From assembly GCA_964016885.1 (NCBI GenBank), contig OZ024744.1:67890001-67954000 (forward strand): a stretch of DNA of 64,000 nucleotides, read 5' to 3'. The DNA is from Eledone cirrhosa. Lineage: Eukaryota. This document shows positions 13,475 through 27,837 of the stretch, piece by piece (position 1 is the first letter of the stretch; each line of letters begins with the position of its first letter). A program made the position numbers and the translations under genes. Under the pieces are notes generated by a model, which saw only the letters and a list, made by a program, of their open reading frames with translations, was not told the origin of the DNA and did no database searches.

Positions 13475-14975
13475 ATATGACTAGGATATGGTTTATCCCA
13501 CATATGACTAGGATATGGTTTATCTCTCACTATATGCAACTGAACATCTCCAGTCAATGTTTCACATACAAAAAAGCATATAAGCTTTTAGCTTATTCTT
13601 GTTTCAGTAAATGTCATTGATGACGGATAAAAATCCACTAAGCTATGCACCTTCGCTATCTTTTATGTAATCTCGTGTGTTTAAACAGAAATAATTGTTT
13701 CTACTTTTGGCACAAGGCCAGCAATTACCCAGTACATTACTGGTACTTTATGTTATCGACCCCGTAAGGATGAAAGGCAAAGTTAACCTCGGCAGGATTT
13801 GAACTCACATCGTAAAGAGACGTAACTATGCTGGAAAGCATGGCGTCCGACCCTCTACCGATACTGCCAATCCACAGAAATAATCATATCGAAACATCCT
13901 CGATAACTCATGTAATCCCTATTATATTGATAGTAGAGAGTTTGGTGAGGAGAGATTTGGTTGATACATAGTGTATATAAAGTAAGGTATGACAGCTTCC
14001 CTAGTGTTTGGTTATCTACACAATAAACATACCCAGAATATACTGTAAAGCTTGTCAAACAAAGGGTTGGGAGAATCTTCAGTTGTGTCAAAGACATGAC
14101 AGCCTCACTAGTGTTGGTTATCTACATGTAAACACACCCAGTACATGCTGTAAGGGTACCCAGTCATAAAAAAACTTGCCAAACAAAGGGTTGGAAGGAT
14201 AGAACATAAGACCATATATGAGAGAGACGACAAATCCCTGGCTTGTGTGGGAGATCAGTAGCCATCACTTCAGTACTGACTTGGTCTATATAGACCCGTC
14301 AAATCCTTGTTAGCAGGGAAAGTGGATGTTAAAATGATGATGATGATAAGGAGGTGTAGGAGGATATATAAAAGCTACATCACTGCCTCGTGTACCCCCC
14401 CCCCCCCTGTTCACCCCCATACATTTACACATCGTAACAACCTGTTGAGGAAGATTTAGCTTCTAAATTTTGTATCTTTAACTCTTAAAACCCTGTACCA
14501 TATGAAACTGTATTAGCAAGGAATTCTTAAATTGTATAATAATATAACTGCATGAAATTCAAAATTAAAGTCTATAGTTTACTGAAAAGTTCTACAACAA
14601 TCTGTCTGGTAGTAAAGTTAGTATAAACATTTGAATTAAGAAACCTGTTTTTTTTTTTATCATCATCATCATCAGTCCTTTGACTTTTATTGTCATGGGG
14701 GAGGGGATCCGAATGCAGAAACAACATACATTCAAAATAGTCTATCAACGGCAGCCATCAGCAAATCTGATGTAATCATGTGCATCTATTGTTTGATATT
14801 GTCCAACCTCTTTTTTTTATACTTACTGCTAAATCATAACAAGATGCTAAGAATTAATACATACATTGAAAATGCTCTTTCTCTCTCATGTGGTAACCTT
14901 TTTTCAAACATTTCCAGCCTATTGAGAGGAGCTAAATTCTGTAAACTTACTAAACACATCTCTTACAGTCTAAAG

Positions 14976-15169
14976 CAGAGTTTCCCAAACTTTTTCAAAT
15001 GCAGAACCCTTTTTGGTTCAGAAACTTTTGGGGAAACCCCAAAGTCTAATACTATTGTAATATAAATATACACCTCTACCTTTTTTCACAGAACGCCCAG
15101 ACACTCCTTTGTGGAACACTTTGTGGAACACTTTGTGGAACACTTTCTGGAACACTTTGGGGACCACTG
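14976..15169. mobile_element. hAT (Charlie-like) MITE
   Basis: 8-bp TSD GTCTAAAG on both sides; TIRs CAGAGTTTCCCAAA / TTTGGGGACCACTG; internal 12-bp tandem ctttgtggaaca. Confidence 0.85.
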
Positions 15170-15429
15170 GTCTAAAGTGATCTTTCCAATTCAAATATGA
15201 TAAGGAAGTTTATCAGTAGAGTATCAGTGGAATTTGTGCAGCCCTGGATAGCCCTTGAGTTTGACTCCCTATCCACATCCAGTCCCCTACATACACAAAT
15301 ATATAGAAGAGGCACATAGATGGAGATCCCCACATCCATGCCCCCATTTTAGCTATGCTGCAGGAGTTTATTGAGAATGATTTGGTTATTAAACAGAATA
15401 TGTTGTATGACTATAGAGAAGTTTGCTTG

Positions 15430-18400
15430 TAGATGTTAGTGTTAGTGTTGATGTTGGTGTTAGTGTTAGTGTTGGTGGTGGTGGTGGTGGTGGTGGTAGT
15501 GTTGGTGTTGGTGTTGGTGATGTTGGTGATGGTGGTGGTAGTTTTGGTGATGTTGGTGATGTTGGTGTTAGTGTTGATGTTGGTGTTAGTGTTGGTGTTG
15601 GTGTTGGTGTTGATGTTGGTGATGGTGGTGGTGGTAGTGTTGGTGGTGTTGGTGTTGGTGATGGTGGTGGTGGTAGTGTTGGTGATGTTGGTGGTGGTGG
15701 TGGTGGTGGTAGTGTTGGTGGTGTTGGTGTTGGTGATAGTGTTGGTGTTAGTGTTAGTGTTAGTGTTGGTGTTGGTGTTGATGTCGGTGATGGTGGTGGT
15801 GGTGGTGGTGGTAGTGTTGGTGGTGTTGGTGTTGGTGATGTTGGTGGTAGTGGTGGTAGTGTTGGTGGTAGTGGTGGTAGTGTTGGTGGTGTTGGTGTTG
15901 GTGATAATGTTGGTGTTAGTGTTAGTGTTGGTGTTGGTGTTGGTGTTGGTGTTGGTGTTGGTGTTGGTGATGGTGTTGGTGGTGTTGGTGTTGGTGATGT
16001 TGGTGGTAGTGGTGGTAGTGTTGGTGGTGTTGGTGTTGGTGATAGTGTTGGTGTTAGTGTTGGTGTTATTGTTGGTGTTGGTGGTGGTGTTGATGGTGGT
16101 GGTAGTGTTGGTGGTGTTGGTGTTGGTGGTGTTGGTGGTAGTGTTGCTGTTGGTGGCGTTGGTGTTATTGTTGGTGTTGGAGTTGTTGGTGTTGGTGTTG
16201 GTGGTGTTGTTGGTGTTGGTGGTGGTGTTGGTGTTGTCGGTGGTGTTGGTGTGGTGTTGGTGTTGGTGTTGGTGTGGTGTTGGTGTTGGTGGTGTTGGTG
16301 GTGGTGTTGGTGGTGTTGTTGGTGTGGTGTTGGTGTTGGTGGTGTTGTTGGTGTTGGTGGTGTTGGTGCTGGTGGTGTTGGTGTTGGTGTTGGTGGTGTT
16401 GTTGGTGTTGGTGGTGTTGGTGGTGGTGGTGTTGGTGTGGTGTTGGTGGTGGTGGTGTTGTTGGTGTTGGTGTTGGTGTTGTTAGTGTGGTGTTGGTGTG
16501 GTGGTGTTGTTGGTATTGATGTTGTTGGTGTTGGTGGTGCTGTTGGTGTTGATGTATGTGTTGTTGGTGGTGTTGGTGTTGGTGTTGTTGGTTTTGGTGT
16601 TGTTGTTGGTGGTGTTGGTGTCGGTGTTGGTGTTGGTGGTGTTGGTGTTGTTGGTGTGGTGTTGGTGTTGGTGTTGGTGTTGGTGTTGTTGGTGGTGGTG
16701 TTGGTGTTGGTGTTGGTGTTGGTGTTGGTGTTGGTATGGTGTTGGTGTTGGTGTTGCTGTTGGTATGGTGTTGGTGTTGGTGTTGGTGGTGTTGTTGGTG
16801 TTGGTGTTGGTGGTGTTGTTGGTGTTGTTGGTGTTGGTGGTGTTGGTGGTGTTGTTGGTGTTGGTGGTGTTGGTGGTGTTGTTGGTGTTGGTGGTGTTGT
16901 TGGTGTTGGTGGTGTTGTTGGTGTTGGTGGTGTTGTTGGTGTTGGTGGTGTTGTTGGTGTTGGTGGTGTTGTTGGTGTGGTGTTGGTGTTGGTGGTGTTG
17001 TTGGTGTTGGTGTTGGTGTTGGTGTTGGTGATGTTGTTGGTGTTGGTGTTGGTGCTGGTATTAGTGTTGGTGTGGTGTTGGTGTTGGAGTTAGTGTTGGT
17101 GTTGGTGTTGGTGTTGGTGTTGGTGTTGGTATGGTGTTGGTGTTGGTGTTGGTGGTGTTGTTGGTGTTGGTGTGGTGTTGGTGTTAGTGTTGGTGTGGTG
17201 TTGGTGTTGGTGTTGGTGTTGGTGTTGGTGGTGTTGTTGATGTTGGTGGTGTTGGTGGTGTTGTTGGTGGTGTTGTTGGTGTTGGTGGTGTTGTTGGTGT
17301 TGGTGGTGTTGTTGGTGTTGGTGGTGTTGTTGGTGTTGGTGGTGTTGTTGGTGTGGTGTTGGTGTTGGTGGTGTTGTTGGTATGGTGTTGGTGTTGGTGT
17401 TGGTGTTGGTCTTGATGTTGGTGTGGTGTTGGTGTTGTTGGTGTTGGTGGTGTTGGTGGTGTTGTTGGTGTTGGTGGTGTTGTTGGTGTTGGTGGTGGTG
17501 TTGTTGGTGTTAGTGGTGTTGTTGGTGTTGGTGGTGTTGTTGGTGTTGGTGGTGTTGTTGGTGTGGTGTTGGTGTTGGTGGTGTTGTTGGTGTTGGTGTT
17601 GGTGTTGGTGTTGGTGGTGTTGTTGGTGTTGGTGTTGGTGCTGGTATTAGTGTTGGTGTGGTGTTGGTGTTGGAGTTGGTGTTGGTGTTGGTGTTGGTGT
17701 TGGTATGGTGTTGGTGTTGGTGTTGGTGTTGGTGTTGGTGTTGGTGTTGGTGGTGTTGTTGGTGTTGGTGTGGTGTTGGTGTTAGTGTTGGTGTGGTGTT
17801 GGTGTTGGTGTTGGTGTTGGTGGTGTTGTTGGTGTTGGTGGTGTTGTTGGTATGGTGTTGGTGTTGGTGTTGGTGTTGGTGTTGATGTTGGTGTGGTGTT
17901 GGTGTTGGTGTGGTGTTGGTGTTGGTGGTGTTGTTGGTATGGTGTTGGTGTTGGTGTTGGTGTTGTTGGTGTTGTTGGTGTTGGTGTGGTGTTGGTGGTG
18001 TTGGTGTTGGTGTTGGTGTTGGTGGTGTTGTTGGTGTTGGTGGTGTTGTTGGTATGGTGTTGGTGTTGGTGTTGGTGTTGGTGTGGTGTTGGTGGTGTTG
18101 TTTGGTGTTGGTGTTGGTGTTGGTGTTGGTGTGGTGTTGGTGGTGGTGGTGTTGTTGGTATGGTGTTGGTGTTGGTGTTGGTGTTGGTGTTGTGTTGGTG
18201 TTGGTGTTGTTGGTGTTGTTGGTATGGTGTTGGTGGTGTTGTTGGTATGGTGTTGGTGTTGGTGTTGGTGTTGGTGGTGTTGTTGGTGTGGTGTTAGTGT
18301 TGGTGGTGTTGTTGGTATGGTGTTGGTGTTGGTGGTGTTGTTGGTGTTGGTGTGGTGTTGGTGGTGGTGGTGTTGTTGGTATGGTGTTGGTGTTGGTGTT

Positions 18401-19088
18401 GGTGTTGGTGTGGTGTTGGTGTTGGTGGTGTTGTTGGTATGGTGTTGGTGTTGGTGTTGGTGTTGGTGGTGTTGTTGGTGTGGTGTTGGTGTTGGTGGTG
18501 TTGTTGGTGTTGGTGGTGTTGGTGCTGGTGGTGTTGGTGTTGGTGTTGGTGGTGTTGTTGGTGTGGTGTTAGTGTTGGTGGTGTTGTTGGTATGGTGTTG
18601 GTGTTGGTGGTGTTGTTGGTGTTGGTGTTGGTGGTGTTGGTGGTGGTGGTGTTGTTGGTATGGTGTTGGTGTTGGTGTTGGTGTGGTGTTGGTGTTGGTG
18701 GTGTTGTTGGTATGGTGTTGGTGTTGGTGTTGGTGTTGGTGTTGGTGTTGGTGGTGTTGTTGGTGTGGTGTTGGTGTTGGTGGTGTTGTTGGTGTTGGTG
18801 GTGTTGGTGCTGGTGGTGTTGGTGTTGGTGTTGGTGGTGTTGTTGGTGTTGGTGGTGTTGGTGGTGGTGGTGTTGGTGTGGTGTTGGTGGTGGTGGTGTT
18901 GTTGGTGTTGGTGGTGTTGTTGGTGTGGTGTTGGTGTTGGTGGTGTTGTTGGTATGGTGTTGGTGGTGTTGTTGGTATGGTGTTCGTGTTGGTGTTGGTG
19001 TTGGTGGTGTTGTTGGTGTGGTGTTGGTGTTGGTGGTGTTGGTGGTATGGTGTTGGTGTTGGTGGTGTTGTTGGTGTTGGTATGGTGT
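15430..19088. repeat. 3.6-kb GGT/GTT (GGTGTT) low-complexity array
   Basis: Direct reading. Confidence 0.95.
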
Positions 19089-19566
19089 TCTTACTAAGGC
19101 AGGAATTTTATTGATTACCTGCTGTTTCTATGCACTCTTGCGCTAGTATTGACCTGTTGCACGTTGTCAGATGCCTGCAGGAAGAATTTAGGCAACACGT
19201 TCCCTGTACCCTTCCCATTACCATATTGCTATTTCTCACTACATCCATTCAGCCATGACTACATCAATAATGACGTCATCATTTGTAAAAATGGGCGTGG
19301 CTTCATTAACGAGTGTTAGTTCATTATTTATGTATTTCTAGTCTTTCAATTTTGTCAAACAAACAAATAAATTCTCTTTATTTCAATTCTTCCTTTAAAA
19401 AAATGTATGTCTAAATTTTTGTTGTTGTTGCAGTTGTCATTGCTGCAGCTCTTGACTGTTGTTGTTGTTGTTGCCGTTGTTGTCGTTGTTGTTTGTGTTG
19501 TTGTTGTTTGTGTTGTTGCAGCTCTTGTTTTTGTTGTTGTTGTTGTCATTGTTGCAGCTCTTGCTT

Positions 19567-19615
<49 letters not shown>

Positions 19616-20659
19616 ACTCCAGATCAACCTTTATTATCTAGCAAAATACATTCCAATCGTGACTGCCCTGCCTTTATTTAAAGTGTCTTCCTCTTCCATT
19701 TAAGTTATTAGGGGATTATTTGAAAGAGCTAAGAAGGCCCCATAGCTACCATGCAACATCCATTATGAGAAAAATCTTTGCCTGCTTCGAGCCCCAAAGG
19801 GTTCTTGTACCGCCTTGCATAATTTCTCTTGGAGGGCCTGTATGTATCTATGAATGGATGGATGGATGAATGAATGAATGCATATATGTATGCATGTATG
19901 TATGGATATATATATGTATATATGAGTTTGTATGTATATATGTATATATGTATATATATATATATGTGTGTATGTATGTATACATATATGTGTGTTTGTA
20001 TGTATATTTATGTATGTATAAATGTATGTATGTGTATGTGTGTATGTATGTTTTTATATATGTATGTATGTGCATTTTTGAATATATATATATATGTATA
20101 TATATATGTGTGTATGTATGTATGTATGTATGTATACATGTATGTATACATTATATGTGTGTTTGTATGTATATTTATGTATGTATGTATGTATGAATGT
20201 ATGTATGTGTATGTTTTTATATATGTATGTGTGCATTTTTGAATATATATATATATATATATGTATTTATTAAAATAACAGATTAAAGTTTAAGCAAAGA
20301 ATCGCTGCTTTCACCCTTAACGGGATCTTCTGAAACTACCAAAGTCAATCTGCGAACGCAGAAGTGAATATTTCAAAAAACGTTGCTCTAGGGTTCTTAT
20401 ATATTTGATATATATTTATCCTTATCGAGCCCTCTTTCGATTTTAGTCTTCAAATTTATTATTAGGCAGTATCGGTAGAGAGTCGGACGCCATGCTTTGA
20501 AGCATAGAGTTAGGTCCCTTTATGATCTGAATTCAAATCCCGCCGAGGTTAACTTTGCCTTTCATCCTTCTGGGGTCGATAAAATAAAGTACCAGTAATG
20601 CACTGGGTAATTGCTGGCCTTGTGCCAAAAGTAGAAACAATTATTACTATATATATATA

Positions 20660-20715
<56 letters not shown>

Positions 20716-22417
20716 AACATTGATGTATACAGGTATGACATACATAAACGTTTCTGCTGCTACACACATGTTAGCAAGAGTTCTATCAAATTCTACTAAG
20801 CACGTGTGAGACCTTTATCAGGAATCAGTCTAAAAACATATTTCAAATTAGACAGTAAATTGTTAAATAACATGAAACATCTGCTTTTCATACAACCAAC
20901 CATATGAAGCTTCAAAAACTCTTTTACAAAGAGAATTCATATTTCAAATTTAGTAAGTTTTTCATTTGTAAGTATGTATGTGTATATGTGAGTGTATTTG
21001 TGTATGAGCTTGTATATGTGTGTGTATATATGTGTGAGTGTGAAGGCATGTGGCTGATTAGTAAGAGAACTGGATTCGCACTCATGAGGTTGTGAGTTTG
21101 ATTCCTGGACCGGGTGATGCGTTATGTCCTTGAGCAAGACACTTTATTTCACGTTGCTCCTTCTACCTGGAGTTGTGACCGATAGATAGTACTAGCAATT
21201 GGAATGACCTACGGAAACATGTTTCCTCGGTCCAATTTGACGAAAGTCGATTGACAAAAAAAATATTTGTATGTGTGTGTTATATGTGTGTATATATGTG
21301 TGTATCATCATCATTATCATCATCATCATCATCATCTTCGTTTAACGTCTATCTTCCACGCTACCATGGGTTAGACGGGAATTGTCCCACTTGAGGCAGG
21401 ATTTATCGGGTGACTGTGTCTCACTCATATAGGACTGTATCTGTGTATAGGACTATATGTGTGTATATGTGTATATGTGTGTGTATGTGTGTGTATATGT
21501 GTGTGTGTGTGTGTATGTGTGTGTGTATATGTGTGTGTATATGTGTGTATGTGCAAATAATGATTTCTGATTTAGGCACAAGGCTAACAATTTTGGTGGG
21601 AGGAGAAACTCAATTAAATCAACCCCAATGTGTGACTGGTACTTTATTTTATTGACCCCATAAGGATGAATGGCAAAGTTAACCTCGGCAGGATTCGAAC
21701 TCAGAACATAAACAATTTTCAGAAATCTTGGTTAATATTTATAATGAAGTACTTGAAATTGTTATACAGTGGTAACAATAAAAAAAATGGAAATGTTTAT
21801 TCTTAGAGAAGAATGGACACCCAATTTTAAGTCCCTCACCCCGATCGGCCATTACTGACCATGGTTTTGAACCTAGAAAGTTTCCCTCCAAGGTACAAGT
21901 CAGGGCAAGGTTGTTTGTGGAAGACCACCAGTCGCCCATGCATACCACTCGCCTCTCTCCATGCCTCTGATGATGTCTAAGGGAATGGCAAAGGCTGACA
22001 CATTTCTACAGCTGAGTGAACTCGAACAATGTGAAATAAAGTGTCTTGTTTAAGGACAGAACACATCACCCGGTCCAAGAATCTAACTCACAACCTCTTA
22101 ATTGCAAGCCCAATGCTCGAACCACTACGACATGCACCTTCATGGACACCCAATATTGTGTGTATATTATGTGTATAACAAAGTATTTGAAGCTGTTATA
22201 TAGTGAGCAGAGGTGTAACAAGGGAAAATAACACCTATGGCAAACACTGAAATTGTACCCCTGCCTATGTAGCAAGCTAGTAGTTGTTAGACAATGGGAT
22301 TGGCAGTACAGTTTAAATAAATGGGGGTTTAGGGTATTAAACTGCATTTTCATTTGTTCTACAGGTATCCTTTATGCTGAAGTATATGTAAAGTATTGTC
22401 AAAAGTGTTAGTGTATT

Positions 22418-24333
22418 TAAAGGGAGGGATCTGTGTATACTGATCTGTGACAAATATTAAAGGGAGGGATCTGTGTAATACTGAACTTTGACAAATATTA
22501 AAGGGAGGGATCTGTGTATACTGAACTTTGACAAATATTAAAGGGAGGGATCTGTGTAATACTGAACTTTGACAAATATTAAAGGGAGGGATCTGTGTAA
22601 TACTGATCTGTGACAAATATTAAAGGGAGGGATCTATATATACTGATCTGTGACAAATATTAAAGGGAGGGATCTGTGTAATACTGATCTGTGACAAATA
22701 TTAAAGGGAGGGATCTGTGTAATACTGATCTGTGACAAATATTAAAGGGAGGGATCTATATATACTGATCTGTGACAAATATTAAAGGGAGGGATCTGTG
22801 TAATACTGATCTGTGACAAATATTAAAGGGAGGGATCTGTGTATACTGATCTGTGACAAATATTAAAGGGGGGGATCTGTGTAATACTGATCTGTGACAA
22901 ATATTAAAGGAAGGGATCTGTGTAATACTGATCTGTGACAAATATTAAAGGGAGGGATCTGTGTAATACTGAACTTTGACAAATATTAAAGGGAGGGATC
23001 TGTGTAATACTGATCTGTGACAAATATTAAAGGGAGGGATCTGTGTAATACTGAACTTTGACAAATATTAAAGAGGAGGGATCTGTGTATACTGAACTTT
23101 GACAAATATTAAAGGGAGGGATCTGTGTAATACTGAATTTTGACAAATATTAAAGGGAGGGATCTGTGTAATACTGAACTTTGACAAATATTAAAGGGAG
23201 GGATCTGTGTAATACTGAACTTTGACAAATATTAAAGGGAGGGATCTGTGTAATACTGAACTTTTACAAATATTAAAGGGAGGGATCTGTGTAATACTGA
23301 ACTTTTACAAATATTAAAGGGAGGGATCTGTGTAATACTGAACTTTTACAAATATTAAAGGGAGGGATCTGTGTAATACTGAACTTTTACAAATATTAAA
23401 GGGAGGGATCTATATATACTGATCTGTGACAAATATTAAAGGGAGGGATCTGTGTAATACTGAACTTTTACAAATGTTAAAGGGAGGGATCTATATATAC
23501 TGATCTGTGACAAATATTAAAGGGAGCGATCTGTGTAATACTGAACTTTTACAAATATTAAAGGGAGGGATCTATATATACTGATCTGTGACAAATATTA
23601 AAGGAAGGGATCTGTGTAATACTGAACTTTTACAAATATTAAAGGGAGGGATCTATATATACTGAACTTTGACAAATATTAAAGGGAGGGATCTGTGTAA
23701 TACTGATCTGTGACAAATATTAAAGGGAGGGATCTGTGTAATACTGATCTGTGACAAATATTAAAGGGAGGGATCTGTGTATACTGAACTTTGACAAATA
23801 TTAAAGGGAGGGATCTGTGTAATACTGATCTGTGACAAATATTAAAGGGAGGGATCTGTGTAATACTGATCTGTGACAAATATTAAAGGGAGGGATCTGT
23901 GTATACTGAACTTTGACAAATATTAAAGGGAGGGATCTGTGTATACTGATCTGTGACAAATATTAAAGGGAGGGATCTGTGTAATACTGATCTGTGACAA
24001 ATATTAAAGGGAGGGATCTGTGTAATACTGATCTGTGACAAATATTAAAGGAAGGGATCTGTGTAATACTGATCTGTGACAAATATTAAAGGGAGGGATC
24101 TGTGTAATACTGAACTTTGACAAATATTAAAGGGAGGGATCTGTGTAATACTGATCTGTGACAAATATTAAAGGGAGGGATCTATGTATACTGATCTGTG
24201 ACAAATATTAAAGGGAGGGATCTGTGTAATACTGATCTGTGACAAATATTAAAGGGAGGCATCTATGTATACTGATCTGTGACAAATATTAAAGGGAGGA
24301 TCTATGTAATACTGAACTTTGACAAATATTAAA
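22418..24333. repeat. 40/41-bp minisatellite, about 47 copies
   Basis: Unit AAAGGGAGGGATCTGTGTA(A)TACTGA(TCTG/ACTT)TGACAAATATT. Confidence 0.95.
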
Positions 24334-24814
24334 ACCCTATTAATATATTTGGCAAGTCATACTATGAGGTATGCCTCTGTGACCATGTAGTTCCCAGCAC
24401 TGTAGTTTTACCTATGGCCCTAATAATTTATATAAATGGTTTAATGATCCACCATAGTGTTTCTCAATCATGATAATCAAAAACATATCATACACACCCA
24501 TGGCATGTGCCATGCTTGCCATACCCCGTCACAGAACTGCCTATTAGTGAAAATCCTACTGGTTTTTATAGCTTACTAATAATTGTTTCTACTATTGGCA
24601 CAAGGCAAGCAATTACCCAGTACATTACTGGTACTTTATTTTATCGACCCGACCCCGTAAGGATGAAAGGCAAAGTTAACCTCGGCGGGATTTGAACTCA
24701 GAATGGCAAGGGCCGTAACTCTACGCGTCAAAGCATGGCGTCCGACCCTCTACCGATACTGCCAATTCACCATGATAATGCAAGGTAGAAGAAACATGCA
24801 TGTATGTCATATCT

Positions 24815-24889
<75 letters not shown>

Positions 24890-25878
24890 GTGGTTGTTGT
24901 TGTTGGTGGTGGTGATGTGGTGGTGGTGATGTTGTTGGCAGTGATAATGATGTTGATGATTGTTGTTGCTGATGCGGTTGTTGCTGTGGTTGTAGTGGTG
25001 GTGGTGGTGGTGGTCAGCGCCGTCATCGTCATCGTCGTCATCGTCATCGTCGTCATCGTCGTCATCGTCATCGTCGTCATCGTCATCGTCGTTGTTGTCA
25101 TGGTGGTGGTGATGGTTGTTGTTGTGGTGGTGGTGGTGGTGGTGATGACGATGATGATGATTAGAGTGTTACCCGTAATATGTCAAAGAAAAGGTGGAAA
25201 TATACGTTTACAACTGTGGGTAGCAGTAGGTAAATAAATAAGTAATGTATAAATGTATTAATAGAATAAATAAATGAATTCACTTCGTCTGTAACGTTAC
25301 AAACATACGATAAATAAATATATGTACATTATACACATTATTGTGTTTATAAACTTATCAACATGTGAAATGTACAGATTTCTTCGTAGATTGTAAAAAA
25401 AGAAATATGAAGTTATTATGTACTGAAAATATATTATGAAAAGAAAGTAGCTATTTGAGAAAGAAAATAGGAAAAGACTGTAAAATGGAATATGTTCCAT
25501 TCATAAAAAAGAAACAAGTATGAAGAAAAAACAACTTCGTAGAAATGCAGACGACATTTATTTTTGTGTGTGTATGTGTAAGTACATGTGATTGGGCGTG
25601 TGTGTGCGTATGTATATACAAATTTGTGTATATATATATATGTGTGTACGTGTGTATGTGCGTACGTGTGTCTGTGTGTCTCTGTGTGTGTACGTGTGTC
25701 TGTTGTGTGTATGCGTACGTGTGTTTGTTTGTGTGTGCGTACGTGTGTATATGTGTGTGTTTATGTGTTGGTGTGTGTGTGTGTGTGTATGTATGTGTGT
25801 GTGTACATGTTTTTGCATGACGCCCAGGAGTTTTTTCGACACGCACACACACTCTCTCTTTCACTGTTTACCTCCCAC

Positions 25879-25949
25879 CCGGTACGTCTTAACAGCATTA
25901 TAGGCCCCCGGGCAACTGCCCAGCGTGCCCATACGTTAAGACGGCCCTG
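25879..25949. mobile_element. Minimal hAT-type MITE
   Basis: 8-bp TSD CCTCCCAC on both sides; TIR core CGTCTTAAC / GTTAAGACG. Confidence 0.75.
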
Positions 25950-26306
25950 CCTCCCACTTCGGTCAGAATGTACACTCCTACATCAACTCACATGTAAATT
26001 CCTTCTCTATCTCTTTTACCAACTCCACATATATTTTACCTACTGTAGACATCGCAAGATGGACCAACCAACACAGTGGCTACTCTAATTTATATACATA
26101 TATATGTGTGTGTGACTTATATGCCATTCATTTCTTCTTCTTCTTTTTCGTCGTCCATTTATTCCTGGGAGTGTCATGGCCTAGTGGTAAGAGTGTCGAA
26201 CGTACGATCATAATGACATTGGACTGGGTTGTGTGTTGTGTTCTTGAGCAAAACACGTTGTTCCAGTATACTCAGATGAAAATGCATACCAGCAATAGCT
26301 GGAGTT

Positions 26307-26524
26307 TTGACCCTTTAGTATTCACATTACTCTATATATACTATTATATTTTCATGGTAAAGGCTTTACCTCACATAATTATCTCACATAATATCGAATC
26401 TATGAGATTTTGAAAGTATTTATTTTGAGAACAATACCTTAACATCAGTTTGAGCGATCGGTTACGGCCAGTTTCAACTGAAAGAGGTAGAGAATTCTGG
26501 CCGGTTTGAACATTAAATGGTTAA
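26307..26524. mobile_element. piggyBac-like MITE, family 1
   Basis: Same internal sequence as 3065-3291, with decayed TIRs. Confidence 0.7.
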
Positions 26525-26649
26525 CCCTGCAGTGGACTGGCATCCTGTCCCGTAGGGAGGCTTGTACTCTCAGTTGCCTCACGCCATAAAATAATTATAC
26601 ATAATTATTATTTTTTTAAATATTTATGTTAATGATAAAAAGTAAATAA

Positions 26650-27286
26650 TCTATATATAATATAAAAGAAAGGTGTTTATTGGTTGGTTGAATCACACGA
26701 AAACTACACATACATACATCTAAAGAGAGAGAGAGAGAGAGGGAGAGGCAGAAAGAGAGAGACAGACCTTTATACAGAAAGTGTTCGATATTCAGAGAGA
26801 GAGAGAGTGTGGCGTCTCACTAAAGTATCAGTTGAAAGTTTAACAATATTGTGTTAGCTTTTATAAAGTCGTTTTACAGTCTTTGATTTTAAAGAACAAA
26901 GAAAAATTGATACTATTTGAAATTAATCTACCCTCTAGCTTTTATCCATATACTACAGTCCGTACTAACGAGGCTAAACACTTCAGAAGCAATGTTATGC
27001 GGTATATTACAGTGTTTCAGATGACGTTCTTTGGAACTGAAAAAGATCATACTGACTTTGGTTATTTCATAACATTTAAAATCCAAGGTCAATGCTACCA
27101 TTTAATCGGTATTTTACTCCCTCAGCCTAATAAGGAAGTGTTATGATTGTTTTGTTTATGTCTCTCTCATACACACACACATTACTGTCTCACCTCATAC
27201 CAGACAACACACCCAATACAGTCGTTTTCTCTTTTATCCGTCTTCTCTTAACTGTTCTCCCAGGCGAAGCCGGGTACCTTAGCTAG
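26650..27286 (+). mobile_element. Non-autonomous Helitron
   Basis: Starts A|TCTATATATAA and ends with hairpin cccaggcgaagccggg then CTAG|T. No TSD. Confidence 0.75.
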
Positions 27287-27318
27287 TATTTATATATAGA
27301 ATTTTTGATGATTTACTG

Positions 27319-27529
27319 TTAACCCTTTAGCATTCACATTACTCAATATATACTATTGTATTTTAACTGTAAAAGCTTTATTTCACATAATTATCTCACA
27401 TAATATCGAACGTACAAGATTTTGATATTATTTATTTTGAGAATAATACCTTAACATCAGTATAACTGGCCAGTTTCAACCGGTTTGAACAGAAAAAGGT
27501 GATGGCCGATTTAAATGCTAAAGGGTTAA
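27319..27529. mobile_element. piggyBac-like MITE, family 1
   Basis: TTAACCCTTTAGCATT ... AATGCTAAAGGGTTAA. Confidence 0.8.
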
Positions 27530-27837
27530 AGAATAAAAACTAATGATAAAATAAAAATATTTTTTAAAAAAACGAGGCCCCCACGGGTGTGTGACCCTAT
27601 GCTATAGCTTATTTAGCTAATAGGTAAGTCCAGGACTGGACTTACCTATTAGCTAACAACGTTGAGTGAGAATGATGGGTTTAAAAAAAACAAAAACGAA
27701 CATTAAGGCAGCTATGGTTATCAGTCTGACCACTACCATTTTAACTGCCATTTTACTATCGATGCAGGATGTTGATGGGGGGTTTTTTCCTAGTCCAACA
27801 TGTCAGTTGTTGCAGTTCTTTGTCATCTCTGTGTATG

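Noticed and set aside
15423-19146. Long Gly/Val/Trp/Cys ORFs
   Set aside because: Stop-poor GGT/GTT low-complexity DNA with frequent frame slips.
22418-24333. CRISPR-like periodicity
   Set aside because: No unique spacers and no cas genes; it is a eukaryotic tandem minisatellite.
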